DNA of 64,000 nucleotides from an uncultured Candidatus Binatia bacterium (GTDB lineage Bacteria > Desulfobacterota > Binatia > Bin18). Made by a program: the position numbers and the translations under genes. The stretch covers positions 1,103,008 through 1,167,007 of the forward strand of contig OZ243961.1 of NCBI GenBank assembly GCA_965214605.1, written 5' to 3'. Every line of letters begins with the position of its first letter. The stretch's first letter is position 1. This document shows, piece by piece, positions 57,740 through 64,000 of the stretch. Under the pieces are notes generated by a model. It made no database searches. It saw nothing but the letters and a program-made list of their open reading frames with translations, and had not been told where the DNA came from.

Positions 57740-58828
57740 TCATACGCCCCGCTCAACCAAGTCCCAGGCGGCGGTCGCCAACTGCTTGCACTTTTCACCA
57801 CGGGTGATGGCTTCGGGCGAGCTGGCATTGCCATCAAGCGCCCGTTTGTACACCCCCTGGACAATTGCCGCCAGTCGGAAGAGCGAAAACACCACGTAGA
57901 AGTTCCAGTTTTCAATAGCCGAGCGGTCCATCTGTTGGCAGTAGCGAGCCACGCACTCCTGCTCAGATGGAATGCCGTAGGTGGTAACATTGAGGTGGGT
58001 GATGTCCCCCCGGATATCGTCCGGCACCTGATAGGGTAGACAGTTATAGGCCAAATCGGACAGGGGCGCACCGAGCGTACTCAGCTCCCAGTCAACAACG
58101 GCTAACACCTGGGGCTGGGTGGGATGAAACAGCAGGTTCTCTAAGCGAAAATCGCCATGCACAATCGTGGTCTCATCGTCATCCGGCAGATGCTCGGGCA
58201 GCCAGGCTATGAGCCGTTCCATGGCCGGCAGCTCATCCGTTTTGCTCGCCTCGTACTGCTTGGACCAGCGCCTGACCTGGCGGCCCATATAGCCGCCGAT
58301 CCGACCGTAGTCCTCAAGCCCAACCGCCCGGAAATCAACCTGATGGATCTTGGCCATAGTATCAATCATGGTTTCATACACCGCCCGCCGCTCGCTCGGA
58401 GCGAGGTCGGGCAGCTCATACCCACGAAACACGCGACCCTCAACAAAATCCATAATATAAAAATCCACACCCAGCACTAACGGGTCCTGACACAGGACAT
58501 GCGGTTTGGCGACCGGCACATCAGTATCCCACAGAGCCGAGATGATTCGAAATTCTCGGTCAACCGCGTGGGCCGAGGGCAGTAGCTTGCCAGGCGGTTT
58601 TTTGCGCAGCACGTAACGCCGTCCAGCCCCATCCGTCAAGATGAAGGTCGGGTTCGACATCCCGCCCCGCACCTGTCCAACCGATAGCGGCGGACTGAAG
58701 GCCTCGATATGTTCGGCCATGTAGCGCGCCAGCGCGGCCTCATCAAAACGATGCTGGTCAAGCACTGGAGCAGTCTCAGCCGTGAGCGAAGTGAGCGGGC
58801 TGGTCTCTACTGCCTGGATTGTCGCCAT
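57740..58828 (-). CDS. phosphotransferase (APH-like kinase) family protein, paralog 2
   Basis: AAGGAGAG SD before ATG 58828. Roughly three quarters of residues are identical to paralog 1 by eye, including the block RRYVLRKKPPGKLLPSAHAVDREFRIISAL. Confidence 0.85.
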   Translation of the reverse strand: MATIQAVETSPLTSLTAETAPVLDQHRFDEAALARYMAEHIEAFSPPLSVGQVRGGMSNPTFILTDGAGRRYVLRKKPPGKLLPSAHAVDREFRIISALWDTDVPVAKPHVLCQDPLVLGVDFYIMDFVEGRVFRGYELPDLAPSERRAVYETMIDTMAKIHQVDFRAVGLEDYGRIGGYMGRQVRRWSKQYEASKTDELPAMERLIAWLPEHLPDDDETTIVHGDFRLENLLFHPTQPQVLAVVDWELSTLGAPLSDLAYNCLPYQVPDDIRGDITHLNVTTYGIPSEQECVARYCQQMDRSAIENWNFYVVFSLFRLAAIVQGVYKRALDGNASSPEAITRGEKCKQLATAAWDLVERGV

Positions 58829-58933
58829 CGCACGTCTCTCCTTTTTGGCGCTGACAAGATGCTCAAGTGGCCTCGTCCACGAATTGTTCCCCTAGTTCAA
58901 TCACCCAACAATAGGTATCGTCAAGGCGAGCGT

Positions 58934-59491
58934 TCAGCCAACGCGAGTTTGTCGCTCACGACCAAGGGTCACGATCCGCAACGTCCCGTCAACCTGTTCG
59001 AGCACCGTACAGGAGCAGTGATCCGGTTCAAAACACACCATCCGCTCATCTTTCCTCGCCACCCCCACCGCAGCATTGATGGCCACAAAATGGGTCGTGA
59101 TCAAGCTCGACGTTTGTAGGCTGCACAGAAAAGCGACCAGGTGCTCCTTCCAGTCCTGATAGAACTGCGGCAGGTCACTCCAGCGGCCGCGCAAGGCGCG
59201 GCGAATCCAGGCCGCGCGTTCGGCAAGATCTTGGCCAGGCGAAGGAATTTCGGCCACCACAGGCTCAATCCGCGCCTCACACTTCCACCTCCTCTCAAAC
59301 GGAACGGCGGTATCGCGGGCGCGCTGCAGCGGACTGCTAATCAGAGACAGGCGGCCGAGCGGTTCGAGCCGTTTTGCCAGGGCTGCTGCCTGGCGGTGTC
59401 CAAGCTCATTGAGTCCAGGGTCTGGATCTTCCCCAAATCCGGCTTGAGGCTGGCCGTGGCGGACGAGGTAGAGTTTGGGAGAAGACGGCAT
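58934..59491 (-). CDS. histidine phosphatase family protein
   Basis: LYLVRHGQP (RHG catalytic motif). GAAAGGAA SD before ATG 59491. Confidence 0.85.
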   Translation of the reverse strand: MPSSPKLYLVRHGQPQAGFGEDPDPGLNELGHRQAAALAKRLEPLGRLSLISSPLQRARDTAVPFERRWKCEARIEPVVAEIPSPGQDLAERAAWIRRALRGRWSDLPQFYQDWKEHLVAFLCSLQTSSLITTHFVAINAAVGVARKDERMVCFEPDHCSCTVLEQVDGTLRIVTLGRERQTRVG

Positions 59492-59735
59492 CGTGTATTC
59501 CTTTCGTGCCAAAAAATGGGCAGCCATGTTGCTTTTCGGGGGAGGGTGAGAACCTCTTGTTCGGCCTTAGAGTTATCCACTAGGTGGCTCAGCAAGGATA
59601 CTTTTGCCTAAAAAATCAGGGCCAGATGGCCGCTTCAGGGCCCTCCCCAGTGCAGGTACTCCAGTGTGGCACGATACATGCCTTTTCTCTACTGTACGAT
59701 GCCTCCACACTCACCCGGCAGGACAGGGAGAGACC

Positions 59736-60810
59736 ATGTATGACGCATGGGAGGGCTGGCTATGCCCGGGGGGTGACGCAATGTTCCCTCCTGAGGGGAC
59801 ACCGCGGCCAGCTGCAGAATTACTGCCGGAAAAGATTCAAGGTCTGCCCGATGGAGAAATTCTCCGTCTGCAGGAAGCGGCCGAAGGCACTCTGCTGAAT
59901 ATGGGATTCACCTCATAGCAGCTATAGCGACGGGACTGGGATGGAAAAAATCGGGCCGTTTGATCCACTGCCACGGATCATTGACGCACCGGAGCGGGCG
60001 GACATGGGTTGAGCGTGGCCTCAAGCAGCGCCGACAGACCCTAAAACTTTTCATCGACGCTATTTACCACGACTCAAAAATCTTCAAGGACAGCGTTATC
60101 CTCGAAGAGACTGTTCGGCCACCAGGGTTCGCCCCTCGTGTGTCAGCCTTGATCCCTCGTGAGACCTGGGGTGCCATATTACTGTCACCGAATCCGAGAC
60201 CGCGACAGCCAAATCTCCATCTTGGAAGATAACCTTCGCTGCCCATCCGAGGCCTCCTAGGGACTTCACTGACAGCCCATGAAGCGGACCTTCCCTTGGT
60301 CTTTGAAGCCTCTCAGAGCCGCCCGGTTGGGACTTACCCGGACCGCCCCGCTGTCCTTAGCCCCAGGCTCGCCTGAACACGCAAACGGTCGCAGCGGTGC
60401 TCCAACTCAGCCTCTTTTGAGTCTTCGTTTCCAGCTTAGCAAACGGGTGTTGAGTCGGGCGAGAGGGGGGGGGGGACAGCCAACGGATTTGTCCAAACGC
60501 GAACGCCCCTAGGGAGCGAGCGTGTTGTCTTGCCGGATTGATGATGATTTTCTTGATCCAAAGGGCGGGGCTGACTCAATGTCCGGCATCCTGGGCATCA
60601 TGGATGTCTACAAAGCTGGCCCCATCGGTCGACGCCTCCGGCACGGACATTACCGACGAGAAGGTCATCTGCGGCTATGTACAATCTGTCTGTGTCGGGA
60701 AGCCTCTAAATCGCCACTGCGCCTTGGAGCATTTTGAGCAGGATCGAAGAGGGCATAGTTTGCTGTCTAGGCCAATTGGCGGATCTATCCCAGCAGCCGG
60801 GGGATTGGCC
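59736..60810 (+). pseudogene. decayed circularly permuted type-2 ATP-grasp gene (multiple frameshifts/stops, 3' truncated)
   Basis: Fragments in three frames are collinear with the intact paralog at 61694-64000:
- GEILRLQEAAEGTLLNMGFTS*
- GPFDPLPRIIDAPE
- WVERGLKQRRQTLKLFIDAIYHDSKIFKDSVILEE
- L..NPSLPIRG...LPLVFEASQSRPVGTYP
- CRIDDDFLDPKGGADSMSGILGIMDVYKAG
- LAPSVDASGTDITDEKVICGYVQSV. Confidence 0.75.
60465..60475. repeat. homopolymeric G11 tract inside the ATP-grasp pseudogene
   Basis: Counted directly (gagag, then 11 G, then acagc). Confidence 0.95.
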
Positions 60811-60812
60811 GA

Positions 60813-61697
60813 TTAGGCCCGTTTTGCCTCGACCGCCACCTCCAGACTATGCGTCCCACCACCGAAGGCCACCCCTTTTAAGGGCGTCACATCGCTGTAA
60901 TCTCGACCCCAGGCCAGGACGACATGTTGGTCGGTTGGAATCAGGTTATTGGTCGGATCAAAATCCACCCAGCCCTGACCAGGGCTGTAGACCGACACCC
61001 AGGCGTGGGAAGCCGCGGCTCCAATCAAGGACGCCGAGTTAGCCTGGCCAGACGCTGGCACGGTTTCGAGATAGCCGCTGACATAGCGGGCGGCCAGGCC
61101 TAAGGATCGAAGACACGCAATAGCCAGCTGAGCATAATCCTGACACACCCCCCGGCGATGGGACAAGACCTCGTAGACCGAAGTCGCCGCGTTGGTGAAG
61201 TCAGGGTCATAGGTCAGGTCGTGATATATGCGCTCCATCAGCTCGCGGACCGCTTTGAGCAGGCAGCGTCCAGACGAGAACGACGGGGCGGCATATTCGG
61301 CAAAAGCCGAGGCGGCAGCGATCATTGGAGAGTCCAAAACAAATTGACGGGCGGTCAGCTGCTCCGGGGCGAGATTGTGGAGCAGATCCCGGCCGACTTC
61401 CTCCCAGGCCAGCGAAGCCTCCAACGGGGGAGACGCAACAGGACTGAGCAGCACCGTGCTCGACGCGCTTACCTCAAGCACGGTATGAGATTCCTGGATC
61501 GCAAAGTAGACCACCCGGTTGCCAAAAAAATCCTCACGTTCCTGATACACCGTCGGGACCGGATTGATCCGGAGTTGGCTGGTCTGACACTGTTGGCGCT
61601 CAAAAGAGCGCGGCAACAGATAGGCTTCATTCTGACAGTGCGAGACCGGCAGACTATAGCGATAGCGGGTCGTATGGAGGACGGTGTAGGGAATCAT
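60813..61697 (-). CDS. transglutaminase-like cysteine protease/ligase (Bact_transglu_N + transglutaminase core)
   Basis: Conserved N-terminal domain (MIPYTVLHTTRYRYS...) and a Cys-His-Asp core (RRGVCQDYA, ASHAWVSVY, DFDPTNN). The start overlaps the upstream gene stop by 4 nt. Confidence 0.9.
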   Translation of the reverse strand: MIPYTVLHTTRYRYSLPVSHCQNEAYLLPRSFERQQCQTSQLRINPVPTVYQEREDFFGNRVVYFAIQESHTVLEVSASSTVLLSPVASPPLEASLAWEEVGRDLLHNLAPEQLTARQFVLDSPMIAAASAFAEYAAPSFSSGRCLLKAVRELMERIYHDLTYDPDFTNAATSVYEVLSHRRGVCQDYAQLAIACLRSLGLAARYVSGYLETVPASGQANSASLIGAAASHAWVSVYSPGQGWVDFDPTNNLIPTDQHVVLAWGRDYSDVTPLKGVAFGGGTHSLEVAVEAKRA

Positions 61698-64000
61698 ATC
61701 CGATGTCCCATCAATTGTTGTTGGGCTTCGATATGGCTGAAGTAGGTCTGACTCAGGGCGTCGGAAAGGGCTAGCAGAAAGGCTCCGAGCTGGGCAAACA
61801 GTTCGTCTAGCTTTTCATACACCGGCTCTTCCCACACCGTCTGCGACAGCCCCTCAATATCCGTTGTGCGCAGCTTGGTCAGGGCTTGCAGCGCGAGGCG
61901 CTGGACCGGGCTGCGGTGCGGCAAGCTGGCCTTGCGAGGCAAGCGCTCGGCATGCTCCTGGAGGCGGACGAGCTGATAGCCGAGCGAGCGGGGGTTGCTC
62001 TCATCGTGCAATAACAGGTCGAGCACAGCCTGGGCGTCTATCTGGCTGTAATAGCGCCGCCGATAGGTCCGTCGGCTGTCGGTCATGGTCAGCACCACCT
62101 CCCACAGGCCACTCTGACCGCCAGTTGTCATCTCGCAGGCGATATGCAGCAGACTGATGGAGTGCAGGGCACGTTCCAGCCGCCGGCCCATCTCCAGAAA
62201 TCGAAAACCTTGGCCCCGGATCATGTTTTCAGCCATCAGCCCGGTAAAGGCGGCCAGCCCGGCGATCACCCGAGACAGGCTTTGCAAGGTCTGCTCCAGG
62301 CTCAGCCCCGAGGAGAGATCCCGGTCAAGCGTGTGCAGCATCCGGACCGTATCGTCGGATAGACGATCACGGACTGTCCGCTCGGCCTGCAACAGGGCGT
62401 CAAGCGTAAAACGCAAACTGCCCGGGCGCGTCGGCTCAAGGATGACCGCCAGCAGCTCGGGCTCGTCAGCCACCAACCGCCGGTTGACGCCATGGCTCAC
62501 CAGGTGCAGATAAGTCACTGCTTGATGGGTCACCGCGGACAACAATCCCGGCAAATAGGTATCATGATGGACGACCTCGGTGTCCAGCAGACGCGACAAC
62601 ATCTCCCGATACACTCGGGCGCTGCTCTCCATGCGCTCGGTATAGCGTCCGAGCCAAAACAGATTATCGGCCACTCGGCTCGGAATCTCTCCGCCACTCC
62701 GTGTCAGGGCAACCGGCCGCTCGGTCGAGGGCAACAGACTCACTGTCTGTTCGGGCTCTGAGGCCAAGACCCAGATATCCTTACTCACCCCGCTATCGTG
62801 ACTCGACACCTGCCAGACATCCGGGTCGGGCGCCACCCGCGCCAGCCCACCTGGCATCACCACATAACCATCGTTCCGCGCCACCAAAAAACTGCGCAAC
62901 ATCAGGGGACGCGGTGCCAGTCTCCCATCCACAAAAGTCGGGGCGGTGGACACCGTAATCGGCTCTTGAGCAACGTAACGGTGCGGCTGAGCTTTGATGC
63001 GGGCCATGAGGGCTTCTCGCTCGGCCGCGGACAGCTGAGCACCAAAGACAGCTTCAGAGCCGGCATGCGGAACGGTCGGTTTAATCACCAGACGCTCCAG
63101 ATGGGCTAGCACATAGCGCCGCTCCTCCTCCCCACCACACCACCAAGTGGCAACAGACGGCAGGTGCAAATCCTGTCCCAGGAGTTCTCTGCAGAGGACC
63201 GGCAAAAAGGCCAGCAGACCAGGATTTTCGAGGATGCCGACGCCCAGCGGATTGGCAACTACGGTCTGATGCGTGCGCGTCACTTGGACCAGCCCAGGGA
63301 TGCCCAGCAGCGAGTCTTTGCACAGCTCCAGCGGATCACAAAACGTATCGTCAACCCGCCGCAATACGGCGTCAACCCGCTGGAGGCCGTCCAGGGTTTT
63401 GAGCCACAGACACCCGTCTCGGACGGTCAAATCGCTCCCCTGGGCCAAGGTGTAGTCGAGGTATTGGGCGACATAAGCGTGTTCAAAATAGGCCGCGTTC
63501 CCCGGCCCCGGCGTCAACAACACAGTCCGGCCCGGCTCCTCTCGGTGGGGGACTAGGGTGGCCAGGGAGCTGCGCAAGGCCCGAAAATACAGGGCCAAGC
63601 GATGGACATGGGCATCACGGTACAAACTCGGAAAGACCCGCGATAGGGTCAGTCGGTTCTCCAGGGCATAGCCGGCACCTGAGGGCGCTTGGGTCCGGTC
63701 GTCAATGATCCGTATACTGCCGTCACGGGAGCGGACAAAATCAGCCGCATAGGAAAACAGAAAACGCCCGGACGGCGGACTGATAGTGACACAGGCGCGT
63801 AAAAATCCGGGATGGCTATAGATCAAATCAAGCGGCAAGAAGCCCTGTCTGACAAGTTTCTGTGGGCCATACAGGTCGGCCAGAATAAGATTATACAGCT
63901 CAGCGCGCTGAATCAGACCGCGTTCAATACCGCTCCACTCCTGGCTAGTCAGCAGGACCGGGATCAGATCAAGCGCCCACGGCCGCTCCCCGCCTCGAGT
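61694..64000 (-). CDS. circularly permuted type-2 ATP-grasp domain fused to alpha-E domain; 5' end lies beyond the window
   Basis: The reading frame stays open from 63838 to the window edge (TRGGERPWALDLIPVLLTSQEWSGIERGL...). ATP-grasp region: APSGAGYALENR, RRVDDTFCDPLEL. Alpha-E region: ADNLFWLGRYTERMESSARV. Confidence 0.85.
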   Translation of the reverse strand, partial: TRGGERPWALDLIPVLLTSQEWSGIERGLIQRAELYNLILADLYGPQKLVRQGFLPLDLIYSHPGFLRACVTISPPSGRFLFSYAADFVRSRDGSIRIIDDRTQAPSGAGYALENRLTLSRVFPSLYRDAHVHRLALYFRALRSSLATLVPHREEPGRTVLLTPGPGNAAYFEHAYVAQYLDYTLAQGSDLTVRDGCLWLKTLDGLQRVDAVLRRVDDTFCDPLELCKDSLLGIPGLVQVTRTHQTVVANPLGVGILENPGLLAFLPVLCRELLGQDLHLPSVATWWCGGEEERRYVLAHLERLVIKPTVPHAGSEAVFGAQLSAAEREALMARIKAQPHRYVAQEPITVSTAPTFVDGRLAPRPLMLRSFLVARNDGYVVMPGGLARVAPDPDVWQVSSHDSGVSKDIWVLASEPEQTVSLLPSTERPVALTRSGGEIPSRVADNLFWLGRYTERMESSARVYREMLSRLLDTEVVHHDTYLPGLLSAVTHQAVTYLHLVSHGVNRRLVADEPELLAVILEPTRPGSLRFTLDALLQAERTVRDRLSDDTVRMLHTLDRDLSSGLSLEQTLQSLSRVIAGLAAFTGLMAENMIRGQGFRFLEMGRRLERALHSISLLHIACEMTTGGQSGLWEVVLTMTDSRRTYRRRYYSQIDAQAVLDLLLHDESNPRSLGYQLVRLQEHAERLPRKASLPHRSPVQRLALQALTKLRTTDIEGLSQTVWEEPVYEKLDELFAQLGAFLLALSDALSQTYFSHIEAQQQLMGHRI

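Noticed and set aside
1-64000. CRISPR arrays, rRNA genes, IS elements/transposases, integrases, prophage genes, recognisable defence-system genes
   Set aside because: Reading both strands, I found no spaced direct-repeat arrays, no rRNA-like conserved blocks, and no ORF with transposase, integrase, or classical restriction-modification or Cas motifs.

Overview
64-kb window of a bacterial chromosome. GC is in the high 50s percent by hand counts. Shine-Dalgarno sites are strong and many adjacent genes overlap by 1-8 nt. I called about 55 protein genes, one tRNA-Met(CAU), several pseudogenes or relics and a few repeats. I saw no rRNA, CRISPR array, transposase or integrase.

Layout:
- Left third (+ strand): an SDR, then a five-gene atypical Hsp70 cluster (712-aa helical protein, J-domain protein, GrpE-like, Hsp70, zinc-ribbon protein). 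These are followed by an LLM-class oxidoreductase and a frameshifted SAM methyltransferase.
- 11.5-13.4 kb: a strikingly GC-rich two-gene insert. It holds a small membrane protein carrying a G14 tract and a polytopic membrane domain fused to a DCC-type DxxCxxC thiol-disulfide oxidoreductase.
- Next on the + strand: a hydantoinase A / beta-carbonic anhydrase / hydantoinase B cluster with an SDR and an MFS transporter.
- 22.6-47.7 kb: a long minus-strand housekeeping block. It contains mug, a squalene/phytoene synthase-like gene, rdgB, def, an Mrr-like nuclease-fold protein and an EamA transporter. Then come a peptide-type ABC transporter, apt, a LysM-M23 peptidase, cimA and aspartate kinase. 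The block ends with tsaE, nnr, glmM, ybbR, cdaA, ftsH and tilS.
- Right third: the cofG-cofH-cofD-cofE F420 operon and a decayed DUF433-type toxin-antitoxin relic. Next are two tandem paralogous APH-like kinases with a histidine phosphatase. The window closes with a circularly permuted ATP-grasp/alpha-E/transglutaminase locus that faces a decayed paralog.

Candidates most worth follow-up:
- the atypical Hsp70 cluster
- the GC-rich DCC-fusion insert with its poly-G tract
- the low-GC wedge splitting the ABC operon
- the ATP-grasp/alpha-E/transglutaminase system with its pseudogenised twin

The cimA-aspartate kinase and glmM-ybbR-cdaA-ftsH-tilS gene order recalls Deltaproteobacteria-like lineages, but taxonomy cannot be settled from this window. 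All functional calls rest on motifs I recognise in the translations. No database search was run.
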